From Lama glama (taxonomy: Eukaryota), in contig CM052817.1 of NCBI GenBank assembly GCA_028534125.1, positions 64,730,001 to 64,794,000 on the forward strand: a stretch of 64,000 nt of DNA, in the 5' to 3' direction. The notes under the pieces were generated by a model, which was given only the letters and a program-made list of their open reading frames with translations, had not been told where the DNA came from and searched no databases. Below, one piece after another: positions 25,253-52,978 of this stretch (its first letter is position 1; each line of letters starts with the position of its first letter). The position numbers were made by a program, and so were the translations under genes.

Positions 25253-27346
25253 CTGAGCAAGAAAAGGAAAATAAAAGGTGATTATCAGTTTGAATTGATT
25301 CATGAGATTAAAAAAATTATTTAAATACTATAAATTCTATATAGTGGATCCATCTATTAGCTTTTAAGATTATAGTGTTGTATGATCCCATAGTCATCTC
25401 TGCAATTTTAAAGCTAACCTGGGCAAATAGATTTCAATAGAAATTAATTTTCTAATTATTAAAAAAAGTTGATATTTTTGTAAGTGATCTTCCTGAAGTT
25501 CATGGAAAACTATACCCAAGAGTGACACCAATATCCATGGCATGTTGGCATGAACCGCATATATTTTGTTTGTTGCTGCATCTTTTATGTGTATTTAACA
25601 CATAAAAGGTGCTAAATGCATTTTCTGAATAAATGAATGTATACTGTAGTGATGCTTTCTCTTGGTAATCTAGTTTAGTGCTAGAAACACAGACATGGGA
25701 ATCAGGAAGTCCTGCTTTTGAAACACATTTCTGCCACTAATTGCTGATCTTGAAATGTATATTTAATTTTCCAGAGCTTCTGTTTGTTCATATGTAGAAT
25801 GAAGAAAACTTACATCATAAGGCTTTTGTCAGGTTAACCAGACAGGTCTGTGAAGCACTTAGCATAGTGTCTGATGCCTCAAAGCATTCAGTATGTGGAA
25901 GCTACTATAAATACTGAAAGAAGCTCTTCTAGGTGGCACGTGCTCCTAGGGGCTCAGAAATTTATTTATTTGTAGAGAAAAGGCCTCTTAATCATATAGA
26001 TTAGAGATGGAGAAGCAGGATAACTGGAGTTACTAAGTTCTCTATATTATTCAGAGAATGGTAAAGACAGTTTATAGGTGTGCATATTAAAGTGTTTAGT
26101 GTAACTTCTAAACTAGTAGATGAAAGGAAATGGTGTGAGGTTTTAATAAAAAATGGAAAGAAGATAGAAAAAACACAACATAGAAAGAATGCACAAAAAT
26201 GAAGAAATAAAATGACGTATCTCAGTTTACAATTATAGTAAGTGTAAATAAATAAAATTAATCATTAGTAATTAGACATTTCTTGAGTAACTTGATGTGG
26301 CAGGCACACACTAGGTCCAGTATGTAAAGTGGTGAGTAAAAGCAATGTGGTGACGATGCAACCTCTCTCCATCTCTTGCCTGTGTGTTGGTTTCACTCTT
26401 GGACCAGTTGTTTTTCCTGCTCAAAGATACACAGAAATGTTCTACCAACTTAGTAACCCTGGCAGAAATAGCTCCCCCTTCCTCAGAGGTCCAGCAGAAC
26501 TCCTTGGATACATTGTCAGGAGCCTGGCTCAGGCCAGAAACCAGACCACCATGGGAAGGGGTGTGTTACTCTAAAGACAAATTGGTGCTTTTGCCAATTT
26601 TAATGGCAAAACTGCAAACATCTGCAACACTTGTATTCTGATTAAAACCGGCAAGTATGACAAGTAGTGAAGTAAAATATGACTGATTATTACTAAATTC
26701 AAGCAAAAAAAAAAGAGAAAGAAATTATATATTAGGTAGGTGCCATGGACATTTGTAGTGTCTGAACCCTCAGTAATAGGTTTTTTGCACAGCGTCCACT
26801 GCCTGGATCTCTGGACCTCTCTCAGACCCCTATGCTCTTTCTCTCCGATTTGGATATTAGCTGGGTTTAGAAAATTGGTTCAGAATAGTTTCCATTATAA
26901 TTTTGAAGCCATTTTTAATATTTTATATCAATAATGTAATTGATAAAAGGTATGAGGTCAGTCTGATTTAAACATTTTATTTATTTACTTATTAGTTTGT
27001 TGTCATGGTGTGCTTTTTTTCTGGAAGATTTAAAAAAAAATCTTCTTTCTACTTTGGTATTCTGAAGTGTCATAATGATAACTCACTTGTGGGTATTTTT
27101 TCATGAATTGCTTTTGGTACTTGATGAAGGAAGTATTCTATACTTTCAGATCTGGGAAATTTTCTATTTGTTTCTTTCATAATTTCCTGACTTTTTGCTT
27201 CTTCTCTCTTTGAAATTTCAATTAGTTATGTGTTTCAGATTGTGTTGCTCCCCTTAATTTTTTCCTGTTATAATTTCTGTTTTTTTTTTTTGGTCTTTTT
27301 CTCGCTTTTGAAAGGTTTTCTTGACTCGCTCTTTAAAGCCTTCCAT

Positions 27347-27396
27347 TATTGTTGTTGTTGTTGTTGTTGTTATTATTATTATCATTATTATTATCA
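27347..27396. repeat. Compound (TTG)n(TTA/TCA)n trinucleotide repeat
   Basis: Direct reading. Confidence 0.85.
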
Positions 27397-28094
27397 TTTT
27401 CTTTTACAATTTTAGAAATCATGTTTTAACATTTCAAGAACTATTTTTTCTCTGCTCCCTTTTCATATCATTCTCTTCTTGCTTCATAGTACTAACTAAT
27501 ATTACCATTTGTGTTTAAACACTTAAATGAAGCAAGTCAAACTAATTTCAAGATACATTTTTTTAATCCATGAGATAAACATAATGCAAAACATACAAAA
27601 TTAGAATATGCAACCCTGATTACTTGTGTACTTAGGGACTCATCTAATCTGCACAAATGTGTTGACTTTTAATAATACTGGATCTTTTTGTTTACTTTAA
27701 ATTTACTTAAGTAAATTTAATATAAGTAAAAATACTTATAAGGAAGTGATTTTAAAAAACCCCCACAAAATTAAGTTTCTAGAAGGCCACATAAAACACA
27801 CAGAGTTTGTAAAATGTCTGCAACTTAAGAATGATTAGTTAGAGTGGCTAATTTTCCAGTTTAAAATATCATCAAGTTGTTCTGAGGGCTAACTACCTAC
27901 ATACCTAACTACCTACACACCATGTGTCTTTGTAAAGAGAGTCAGACTGAATTTAGATCCCCTATCTGTGTAACCTTGGGCAAGTCACTTAATATCTCTG
28001 TGTCTCTTACTTTTCTCATTTGAATGGATGGGCTAATAACATCTTCTTCGTTATGTCCTTGTTGTGGTTAAATAGGAAAGATTATGTTGACGGC

Positions 28095-28510
28095 TGCATT
28101 ACTGTTTATTGCTGTGTAAGAAAACAAAGAGAGAACCTCATAAACTCAGTGGCTTAAAACAACACTCATTTATTAGCTGATAGCTCTGTAGGTCAGAAGT
28201 CTAGGTGGGCACAACTGGGTCCCCCAAAAGCCACTGTCAATGTGTTGGCTGGGCTGGGCTCTTATCTAGAGGCTCTGAGGAAGAATCCTCTTTCAAGCTT
28301 ATTCCTTGATGGCTGTCACCCAGGGCTCGCTCTTGGCTCTTACATACCTCTCTGTAGTCCTTGCACATTGGTACCTTCATTTTCAAGCCAGGATCGTGCA
28401 GGGAATCCTTATATTTCAAATCTCTCTGATGTTCATCCACTCTCAAGGAATAGAGTGGGAAATTTTGTTGGTGGGGTGTGGGATGCATTTTAGAATTCGG
28501 CCTGCCACAA
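28095..28510 (-). mobile_element. MaLR LTR (MLT1-type)
   Basis: actcagtggcttaaaacaacac...aattcggcctgccaca end. Confidence 0.6.
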
Positions 28511-28694
28511 GGGTTAGCATTGTGCTGGGAACATTAATAATAACTGCTCTTTCTTCTTACCACTTCTCCATCCTCTCATTCACAGCTTGTCTGCGTGATG
28601 GACAGAGCAGCTGTATCAGTCATTTAGTTTCCGTAGGGTGAGATACAGCTTTTTTCCAGCTCAAGGAAATCCAGTGTGGTTCACCTCAGTTTTT

Positions 28695-31570
28695 CTGTGC
28701 CTGTTTTGTGCTAAGCACTCCAAAACCACCTAAAGGAAGCTGATCAAAGTAAATTCTCTTTATGAAGTAATTCTACAAATAATTCAATTTTGATGAAGAG
28801 AATATAACTCTAAACTGAGAGTAAAAAGGCCTGACCTCTGGTACAGACTCACTTTGAATAAGTTTTCCTATTGCACTGCGTTCTTAACTTTCCAGACTTC
28901 AATTTCCTTGTGTATGAAATGAGGAGACCGCACTGTAGTATACCCTTTAACTTCCAGCTCTAAAAATTCTATGCTTCTATGTGATTTTTTAAATGTTTGT
29001 AAGTTTTTCAATTCTTAGACACACAATCCTGAATATGTTCATATTCATTCTTTGCTATATTCTTACACACACACACACACTGACCATCCAATCAAGAATA
29101 GTTTCATCAGACATTCTCTGCCACATTACCCTCTTTTATTTTCTTAATAACTACCTTCACAATCTGTTCATTTATTTTTTCACTTGTTCATTATGTCACC
29201 CCCCCATATACCTGGAAAATAAGACTGGGGACCTTATGTTCCTTATTCATCACAATGTCTAAGTACAAGAACAATGCAGTGCATGTATTTATTAAGTATA
29301 TGGCAAATAACAAAGAGAATTGAAGATATCTTTGGCAAATATATTAATTACAAGTATTGGTCTTGTGTTTTAAACCACCATTTTTTTCTATGAAAATTTA
29401 TGTTGTGTTTTAATAATTTGAAGACATGGTAAGAATTACAGTTATTATGTGCTAGGTATTATGCTAAAATTCTTATTTGCTCTCATTTAACTTATCTGGA
29501 ATGCTTTGCTTTTAAAATAATTTTCAATAGCTAAAATTTGATAGTTTGATCTGTTCAGACTATGTTTGACCTTCTGCCAGTGTATTAGATATAATACTAT
29601 TTGACTTCTCTAACATGAGTACTCAAAATTATGTTGGTTCAAGCAAGATGGAAGCTTATTTCTTTTTCAGGTCTATCCAGTAGACTGTGTGAAGCTGTAT
29701 GGCAGCCCCATAACCACCAGGGCCCCAGGCTTCTTGTACCATGCTGCTCTGTCATCATGCAGCTTCTGTCTTGTGGCCAAGATGATCGATCCTCCCCTAG
29801 TTAGGTGGAAGGCAGTACAGTGGAAAAGGGCTCTGCCCTTTAGGAGCATCATCTGGGACTTCATCCGTCATTTCTGCTAAAATCCCATTCACCAGGATTT
29901 GGTCACATTGCCATACTCATCTGTTAGTGAGACTGATAAATGTGATCATTATTCTAAAAACCCAAATTTCAGTGTTTTTATTATTAAAGGTTTTTATTAT
30001 TAAAATTTTAAACATTAAATTTCAATATTTTTATTATTAAAAGGAGCATATACACAGGGGATAATTAGTGGTCTTTGCCCTAATGAATAAATAGGATTAA
30101 TGTTTTCTCAACTCTGGGAAGACACTAGGATATGAATAGTCATGTGTTTTTGTAGGGTGACTGTATGATTAATTTGGGTACATTTTAGAGCTAAAAAACA
30201 GTAGATTTGTATTTTCCACATTCAACTCAAAATTCAGGAAGAAGTTTTATCAAAATATCTACGTGTATATTCTTAATTACATTATTGGAATACTAGATAG
30301 CTCTCGGACCTGATTTCAGACTCCACTTTTGAAAAAGTGGCCTAGTCACTTTCATGAATTCATGAATTCATTATTGCAAATAACTTTTGATCACCCACTG
30401 TGAACCAGATTCTGAGATAGTTACTCATATTTAAAAGGTAAACAAGATAGGCAAGTTTCCTATTCATTACAGGCACTACCCCAGGTTTTAACTGGGGACT
30501 TAAGCCAATGTTTATATAACATATTGAAAGCTGACTTTAGTTATCTGTGTCATTTAAAGCTATATTCTGTGGGATACATGCTTTCCACTGGTTAATGAAA
30601 TCAATGAATGGTTGGGTTGTTGAGGTCCCTTCTATTTAAAACAGTTCACAATTTTTAAAAAAACATACATTTAACTATCCAATTTTCTCTTGCTCTTTCT
30701 ACAACTATGTCTAAAACTTCTAAAAGTTAGTATAGAATTTAGCACAATCTCATACCCTAAAAATATTATTTAGTTATAATTCAAGGCCATACATATATAT
30801 ATATTTTACAAACTGCATGTATACTTCTTTCATTTTCCCATCACTTATATACATGCATCAGCTATACATGTTCATACTAGAAAATCCAATAGTACATAAG
30901 TAGAATGCAAGGCAAATCTCCTTTTCTACTCACTTCTCTCATTTTCCTTCACACCTAAATTAGAGGACAGAAAAAATAAATTTTATGTATTAGACAGCTA
31001 GTTTATGGCCCAGCCAAAAATATCAGCAATAACAGCACTTCGCTGGTTTGTTACAGACATGCATTATTGACAAGGAGAGAGGAGGCAACTCTGATTGACA
31101 TCATATGTGCTGTTTTTTTTCCACCTTCATTCCATCTCTATGGTTTCCAATGACCAATTATGAGAGATAAGAAGTTAGCTGGCTGAGTCTAGCTTATGAT
31201 CTTCTGCCCTATGAACTTGGGAAGTACACTTGGGCAGTCAGGGGTCCCGTATTCGTATCTGTCTGTATCCATATCCATATCCATATCCATATCCATATGT
31301 ACTTAGCCAGGCCAGATTTTAAAAGCAGAGCTGCTGAAACATCCAGCCTCAGCTCTTCTCATTTTTAAAACTCAAAGCATGAGAAATAATCCCTGACTGC
31401 CTATTTCTTCCGTTCACTGCTGTTCCATTTCCTTCACAACCTGAAATGAATTCGATCTACCTTTTCACTCTCTACTGAGTTTTTGGAGCTCTTGTACCAC
31501 CAGATCATATCCTTTGTACTTCCCGCATAGCAATTTATTTATACCGCAGATACAGGATTTATTATAATTA
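28695..31570 (-). pseudogene. Tentative 5' half of the second ADH pseudogene: promoter/exon 1 ~31455-31570, exon 2 ~30625-30790, exon 3 remnant ~28700-28780
   Basis: By-eye nucleotide similarity, in the correct order, to 49040-49190, 46885-47040 and 44415-44565; TATAAATA (31536-31543) and the exon-1 donor are retained. Confidence 0.4.
31266..31297. repeat. (ATATCC)n hexamer repeat
   Basis: Direct reading. Confidence 0.85.
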
Positions 31571-34500
31571 GTAGTAGCCTTATATATTTATGAACTCCTT
31601 GCTAAATGGTAATAGAAAAAAAAAGAAGGATTTGAGAGCACTCACTCCATGATTATATTGCCTAGATTTTGGTCTTCGTCGTGTGACCTGACTACTTGAT
31701 GTTGAGCAGATTAGTTTCTCTTAGTTATTTCATCTGTGAAATGGAGATAATATTTCCTAACACATAGAGCCTAGATGAGAATTACGTGATGTATGTGAAG
31801 TACTTAGCACAGTGACTGGCATTTAGTAAATACTCAGTTGTACTCTGGTGGCTTACTTATGAAAGGAATTATTATTCCTTGAACCTCCAGCATCAATCAT
31901 ATATAATAGATAGTAATTGAAATCACCAGGAAATCAATTTTTAGTCTTCACCTTTAGACATAACAATGGATACAAACCCTTATCTAGTTCTGTTCCATGA
32001 TCTCTTCTTCCTGCATCTTCATTATTCTGGAGGTTTCTGGATTGGAGATTCTTAGACTGTTACTCTCCTTTGTTCCCACATTTCTGCCTTCCTTCTCTCT
32101 GAAAATAATTATTGTTTTAGCCTACAGCATTGAGCAAAACTTCTTAATTTAGCATTAGTTTTTCTGATTCTTTCAACAAAATTCATTGAGTACTTACTTT
32201 GTGCTATTAGTTACAGGAGATAAAGAGATGAAAGGCATAGGACTTGCCCTAAAGGATAAATCAGGAGATAATATTTATAAAGTGTGACCTCATAGGAGAA
32301 GTAATGGCCCTATAACACTCTGACTTCTTGAAATCCAAGAAACATGTTTAATGGTATTACATAAGAAATGTCATGAAATTCATAATTCTGTATCTTAGGG
32401 AAATTATTTGATTCAAATCTGGGTTTTTTTTCCCCCCAAAGCAGCCAAGATACAAAACCTACCCAACTGTCTTAGGGGAGATAGAATATGAGGCAACTGG
32501 CCATAAAGAAAATAGAAGTGTGTGAAGAGATGATGTTTTCACTAATAAATAACTGGAGACATTTTGAAGAGAGTATTAAAAATAGAGGGAAACACCCTAA
32601 GAGCTATGTGGTAGAAAATATATAATGAAAGATACAGAAATACAGCTAGCCAAGACTGCTTTTTATAAAATTGTTCAAAGGTCAATCATAGAGGAAACGA
32701 TTGATAAGAGGAGGTAACAATTTTGACACAAATGTCTTCTTTTTAAGACAAAGAAGAGATATGGCAGAAACTGCTGAAAAAGATGACAATTCTGCGCTAG
32801 GTTACATCAGTGGGTTAGGATACCGTCAAGTCCCTTATTAGGGAGAAACTGGAAGTTTAAATAAAAATCCCACTTTACAGCATCTGTATTCCATTATACA
32901 AAATATACCTTAGTAAATTACATTGTTTTCTCCTGTAATGCAATTTTAGCCATTATGAATCAATGCATTTCCCCATTTTTATAAAGTCCTGAATTAAAGT
33001 ATCCCTCTAGGTATTGTTATGGTACCTGAAGTGAATGGATCCTACCAGGTGAGAAATCTGAGGGAGGAAATGATGCACACCCCCTTAATGGGTTGGAGCT
33101 GATGGGAGGAAACTGGCAGGCATTACAGCATCATCTTGGTCCATATGCTCCATAGCTGAACTCTCAATGTTTCTGGAGAATTCATCAGCAGCTGAAATTG
33201 TTTTCTTTGACAGTCCAAGTAAGCTTACTCAAAAACAGAATTCTCAGACTTTGCTAGCTGCTTGCTCATCAGTTTACCCCAACCTCTGACAACATGCAAA
33301 TGCTGTTTGTGGTTCCCAGATTTGGCTTTCTGAAGATTTTTTTCTCCCTTCTGTCACTTATCATTTATGTTTCATTTTTTCCTTTGTTCCTTTATTCCCT
33401 CTGACCAACTGATTCCTTCGCAAACAATTAAATACTCTGCAAAATAAATAAATGTCTTTGAGTCATTCTTTGACAATTTATATGTGGAAGATCCTCAGAA
33501 ATACTGCCCATTTGGATCTACATTTCAGAAGTGTAACTGTATGGGAGAAAGATTTCTGTAATGTTCCTAATCAAGATGTTTTAAAAGTACCTCACTGTCT
33601 TCTCACAAATCATCACTAGCTAGAGAGAATCCTACTAGCCAGAGACAGCCACTTTAACATTCAACACAAAGACTCCCAGATTTGTTTGTTGGTTTGTTTT
33701 TATTTATACACCAAAACAAGATAACATATGCGTTGTTTTGTGAACGGCGTTTTGTGTCCACATTTGTCTTTAAATCTAACAATATGCTGTGGATATCTTT
33801 CTGTGTGGACAAAAGGAGGACTATTTTATCACTTTAAAAATCTGTGGTATAACATTATACAGATAAATAATAAATATGTGATCAATTCACAACTGTTAGA
33901 AATTTAGGCTTTTCTATTTTTACTGTTGTAAACCATGGTTTCCATCTTTGGTGTCATGCTTAGAATGGCCTTTTTACCCTAATGTAAAAAAATTTACCCT
34001 TACCTTAATTTAATATTTTTACCATTTAATTTTTATACTTACAATTTAAATTTGTCTGAAATTTAGAGTGCATTGAGTCTAAGGATTGTATCTTAATCCC
34101 CCTCTAGTTTAGTCAGTTGTCCCAAGCAAAGGATATGAGTATTTATTGATATTCCATCCTTCTTGGACCAAAATTCACATGTAAGCTGGGTAGTTTGGGG
34201 AAAATAGGGTCAACTTGATGTCTCTGTAATAATGTCTGGGGGCATGAGGCTCTCAGTCAAGGCCAAGAAAAAGCCTTCTATCCAAGTGCATCCTGCTCCT
34301 GGCCCTACTGTATGTCTTGTGTTTCTTGCTTCCCAAGCTTCTCTACAAGTGCAGCGGTCTTTCAGCTTGAGGGACTGTCCTTGATGGCTGGGCATGTCCA
34401 TCCTGAAATTTCTGATCAAGATGCAACTCTGCTACCAGCTCTTTTCTTTTTCTATTTGTGTTTTATTAAGAATATGTTCTGTTACTGCTTTTTTCCCTCA

Positions 34501-35670
34501 TGATTTTAAGTCACTTTTATATTTTATTTAAAATAAGTATCATTTTATTCCTTTGAAACTCAGTTCCTCCTAGCCTTACTTACCTTTTTATTCTTTAAAA
34601 TATTTAAATGCTATAAATTTTATTCTTAACTTCTTAGTTTAAAATATTCTTTGCTTTATTTTTCCCCTTTCCTTAGATTCTAATTATTTTATTCTTTAAA
34701 AATTTAGACATGTTTCCATTTATTTTTACATTTATACATGTGAGCTTGCCTTAGAAACCATCCTATAGCATTACTCCTATTTTCCCCATTTTGCAATGTA
34801 GCAATTGACACTCAGAGAGGGAAGGGCTTGTTAAGGTGACAGAGCTAGACTGGCAGGATTATATTTAAAATATTTACCTTAAAATCTTCATGTGTTCTCT
34901 TCAATTTTTGGACCTTCTCTTATTAAGTCAACTAGACTTTCTGAGCTCAAATCTCAGGAAGGGATATTGCAACTGAAACAGAATTGTTTCAAAAATTGTG
35001 TTTCAAAAGTGAAAGATTAAGGAGAATGGAAATATCTCAAGGACAGATGAAACAGATGAAACAGATGAAGAGGAGCTAAGAAAAAAAAAAACAGATAAGA
35101 GGAGCTAACTTTTTCCCTCTTCTCCCAATCTCCCAACTCCAATGAGGTAATGATTATACTGGTTTGGTGAAGAGAAAAGACTTGGAAAGGAAGTTATGAA
35201 GTTGTAGATATGGATGAGTTCCTTTGAGAGGGTCCTACATATGCTTCCTAAGGGCAGAGATGGCAAGATTTCCTAAATGTGTTTGTGTGTTTGAAAGAAG
35301 TTAGGAACTATGCCTCAACATTTCATGGGTACAGGCATAGGATGGTACAAAGACCTCAGGATAGAAAATGGCTTACTATGTCCCAAGATAGCTTTCCAAA
35401 GATTTATGATACCCCAGCATGCTGTAGAAGCAGCAAAACCATCATGTAAGCCCTAGAGTGGCAAGAGAGATACAGAGAAATCAATATATTTTGAAGATAA
35501 CTTGAGGATGGGAACAAGGAATAACTCAGGGATAACTCAGGGGCAGCTTTCATGGACCAATGACAGAGATCTGTTGGGTTGAGGGACATATCAACAATGC
35601 CATCAATTAAGTCCCACCCCCCCTCTTTTTCAAGTCACAGAATGTAATGTAACATCTGTACTCTGAGAAG

Positions 35671-35681
35671 TTTATTTTATT
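35671..35681 (-). terminator. Overlapping AATAAA polyadenylation signals of the ADH gene
   Basis: AATAAAATAAA on the minus strand about 160 nt after the stop codon. Confidence 0.6.
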
Positions 35682-35838
35682 ATAATTACATTCAGGATGC
35701 ACTTATTTCATTTTGAATAATCACACTGCATTCCCATCTCCAATGCTTTTCTTTCCATTGCACTAACACTCGGGGAGATGAAACAGGAAAAGAAGAAAGT
35801 TCCCAAGGATATCGTCGCACCTTTCATCATCTGGGATC

Positions 35839-49062
<13,224 letters not shown>

Positions 49063-49151
49063 GATGAGTTTTCTGGTTTCCTTGGTGTCTTGCAGGGACA
49101 TCCGAGAGAACACCACTTCTTTGTCTCTGTTCCTGGGCAAACTAGGCTGGG

Positions 49152-49199
49152 TATTTATAATTTGTACATCCTGAAGGTTATTAAGAATAATTACATAAT
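49152..49199 (-). promoter_or_regulatory. ADH core promoter: TATA box (TATAAATA, 49152-49159) and PAR-bZIP/C-EBP-type D-box (ATTATGTAAT, 49190-49199)
   Basis: TATA box 90 nt upstream of the ATG; exact RTTAYGTAAY match about 30 nt further upstream. Confidence 0.65.
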
Positions 49200-51087
49200 T
49201 ACATGTCAGCATGGGGGAACCGGAAAGGTGAGCAGTTGGCAAATATGTGAAAGTGTAGGACAAAAAGGAATGTGAAAAAATGATTAGGGGGGATGTTTAG
49301 TAAGAGGAGAATAATTTGACGAGTAGCGATGGGTAAAAAGGCAATGAAGTGATTATAAAAAAGTGAATAAAGTGTTAGAAACTGGGAGAAAGATCAACCC
49401 CTAATTAGTTAACAATGAGAATTTCTGGAGTATCAATTGCATGAAAGGTACTGCTAGAGGCAGGTGGTAAAAGTATATCATTGGGTCTCCAGGAGTCAAA
49501 GAGATGAACAAGCACAAATAATGATACAATCTACTCCAGATACATGCTACTGTATATAAAACAGATGAACAACAAGGACCTTCTGTCTAGCACAGGGAGA
49601 TATATTCAATATCTGATAATAACCTATAGTGGAAAAGAATCTAAAGAATATTTACGTATGTTTAATCTATATACTTTTATATATATGTAAAACCAAAGCA
49701 CTTCAGGTGTATACCTGAAACCAGCACAGTATTGTAAATCAACTATATTTCAATTTTTTTAAAAAGCTGAGAAATAAGTGATAAAGGTGACAAATGGTAA
49801 AGGCAATGTCAGGTCATTATAAATGATGAGAGTTTGATTTAGGTGAGACTTTAACTGCATCTTGAAGAAAGATAGGATGTAAAATAAGAGGATAGGTAGC
49901 ATATTCAGATCAGAGGATTAAGCTCAATCAAGGTAAAGGGCCTCTGCATAATGTGGGCTTGGGGCAGCGCTGCTGCTCCTGAGCATAAGGATGGTGGTCA
50001 TCGTCACGTTAACCTTTTATTATTTGCGTAGCGCAGTGTTTCTCCACATCAGAATGCGTAAGAATCTCTTGGGGAAGGTTGTTAAAAGTTCGTAATTCTG
50101 GGCCCTACTCTTTGATGTTTGGCTTCTGCTGGAGAAAGATACTGAGGGAAATAGATCAGAAAACACCAAGAGCACCATTTAGTAACTTGCAGAGTAAGAA
50201 TGTGAGTTCTTTGGCTGCTTTGGTTGCCCCTCATTCACATTCTTTAGACATTATTTTTCCAGTATCCTTCGGGGCATCCCGTGAGGAAGCCAATGGAGCA
50301 GTTTCTCTGCTGAAATCCTTCACAGTGCATGATGTTGTGAGGTGAGAATAATTAGGTACGATTGGGTGTGAGAGAGTAATTTGGGACAAGGTTTGGCAAC
50401 CACAAGTCTCGGGTTGGGGCTTTTCTGGCAGCACAACTCTCTTAACCCCTGATTAGTTGCTTAGCAGTTTCATTTGAGGGGGTTTATAACTACTAGTAAT
50501 TCAGGAATCTTCTCAGGGTTCTGGCCCTAACACTGCTTTCATCTTATCATAAAACCCAGGGACCTGCATTCCCCCCAGGATGTTTTTTGAAGCTCCTGCC
50601 TCAAGACTTGGGAATGAGAAACTGGGCTACAGTGGAGAGGCGTGGCTTATCTACTCAGAGACCTGGTTAAAGAATGTTCTTAGGAGGCATTCGAGGTGTC
50701 TCTGCTTTATACAGGGTGGTATCACTTTATGGGCAAGAAGGTGTAAGAATAGAAATGCTTGAATGGGGTTGAAGGAACTTATGAGGCTTGTTCATTTCTC
50801 TCTCTTTTAAAGTAAGCTTGCTTTGCAATACCCTGATTTCCAAGCTTTCTGCACCTATGCACCTACTCTTAGAATGTATATATTTTTCCTATTCAGCAAA
50901 GCTTGAACTGACTATAACTTGAAATGCAGTCTGGCGTGACCTATCTTGTTCAAAGATCCAGTTTAGGCTTGTCTCTCCCATAGCATCTTGTTAAAGGCTA
51001 AAACAATAGTAACATTTTTTTTTTTTACCACATTGCCTAAATTTAGATCTTTGTGGGCATATAGTCTGAGCCTTAAGAAATGACAGG

Positions 51088-52978
51088 TGATAATTGATTG
51101 TACAATTAATTACTTTACTACAGAATCTATCTTCCAAGTTAAGGATGGTGGGATTCTTATTGCTTCCCAACCCACTCCACTCCATGAGTTTCACAGTTCA
51201 GGGGTATCAGTGAACCATTTCACTTCTGGGACCCAACTTTTGTATGAGGACTCTTTTGTTTTGAAATTACTGAAACTCAACATGAGAAGCTTAAGGGAAA
51301 GGGGGAAAATGTTGGCTTAACAGAAACTGTGAAAGCAATTAACCAAACAAGATCATGGGCAGGAATGCAACTGGGAGCAGAAACTCAAATCAATTCAACT
51401 GCAATAGGATTTTCCTTTTCTCTTACATGAGGCAGTACAGCACGGTGGTTAAAAGCATGGATACCAGCACTAACAAACCTGCATTCAAATCTTAGTTCCA
51501 TGTCTTACATGCTAGGCAAGAAATCCAACTCTCTGTGCTTTAGTTTCCCCGTAAATAAGGTGAGGATGATTATAGTAGTTTCTACCTCATAGGTTTGTTT
51601 TAATCATTCAGAGATTCAACATATGACAAATGTTTAGAACTGTGCAGAGCACAAAGCACAGTCTATCTGTGTGATCCATTATTATCATGGTGTCTCTCAG
51701 TACATTGGTTTCATTTTCTCACCACTGCATTGCTTTTGCCAGACAGTAGGGAATATGCTCACCCCTGCCTGCCCCCCAAAACCCTACACTTGATTATTAT
51801 GTCTAACAACTACAACAAGAGAGTTCAGATCTGTCTCTCATCTTAAGTCCAAAAATCTAAGGAAGACTCTTCTTGCTCAGCTTGGGTCAAGTGCTCATTC
51901 CTGGACCAATGAAGTTGAGCCAAAGTTGTGGGTTGGGGAAGATTTGGCAGCTATTATCACAGCCATGCTGATGCCTCTGCAGATGAGGGTGAACGGGGAA
52001 AATCACAGGGCAGATTGGTTCCACTGTAAATTCTTGATCACCAAGACAAATAAAGTCTCAACATTGCTTGGCAATCCAACATTTTCCTAGCCAACCTGTC
52101 CAGTTCCCTGAAATAACTGTCAGTCTTTCAACGCTTGTGTCAAACATCTGACCATCACCTCCCCCCTCCCCACCTCCATTCCTCCATCCCCCTTTCCCCT
52201 GGGAGAAAAGCCTACAGTACACACAAAATTCACCCAGTTGCTCCAGGCAAAAACCCTTCCCTCTTCATTCTCAATCCATTAAAAGCTCTGCCAGCTCTGC
52301 CTCCAATGTATTTTCTAGATTTGTTAGTGTTTAATGTCTAAATCCCTCCTGTTGAATACAATTTCTAGGAGAAAAGAGACTTTAAATCTCTTGTTATTTT
52401 CTTCTACTCTAAGGGTCTGCAATGGTATCTTATATATAGTTGGAAGTCAATAAGTATTGATTAAATTAAAATGGAAGTTATCAGAGGGGAGCTCCCTTAG
52501 ATGCCTATTGCTAGTCACATTATCTGCATCTGCACTCATCCTATCCTCCTTCCCCATCACCTGTCTCTGCTTAAGAAACTTGTTATTGATTTCTTCTCTC
52601 AGTGTGACTTGTCAGCTTTTTTAAAACATACTCTCCCATTGAAAAGAAAAGCAGAAACAAACCTTCCATTGTCCTGAATCTCCTTCCAGCCACTACTGGG
52701 AATCAAGATGGAGATGTATGTGGCTCTCTGAATTAAGGGTTAAGAATTCTAAGCCAAGCACTACTAATTTGGCTTCTGTTGATTGGCCTTGGGAAATCAA
52801 TTGTAGTGAAGTAATTAGTATTTTGCAATTTGACTAAATGGTGCATTGACTTTTAAATTTTAATTATTTGGATTTGACCTACTGAAGATGATAATTGATC
52901 ATATAATTAATTACTTTACTACAGAATCTATCTTCCAAGTTAAGGATGGTGGAATTCTTATTGCTTCCCAACCCGCTC
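51088..52978 (+). repeat. ~90-bp direct duplication (51088-51177 and 52889-52978)
   Basis: Two copies with 5 mismatches by manual alignment. Confidence 0.9.
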
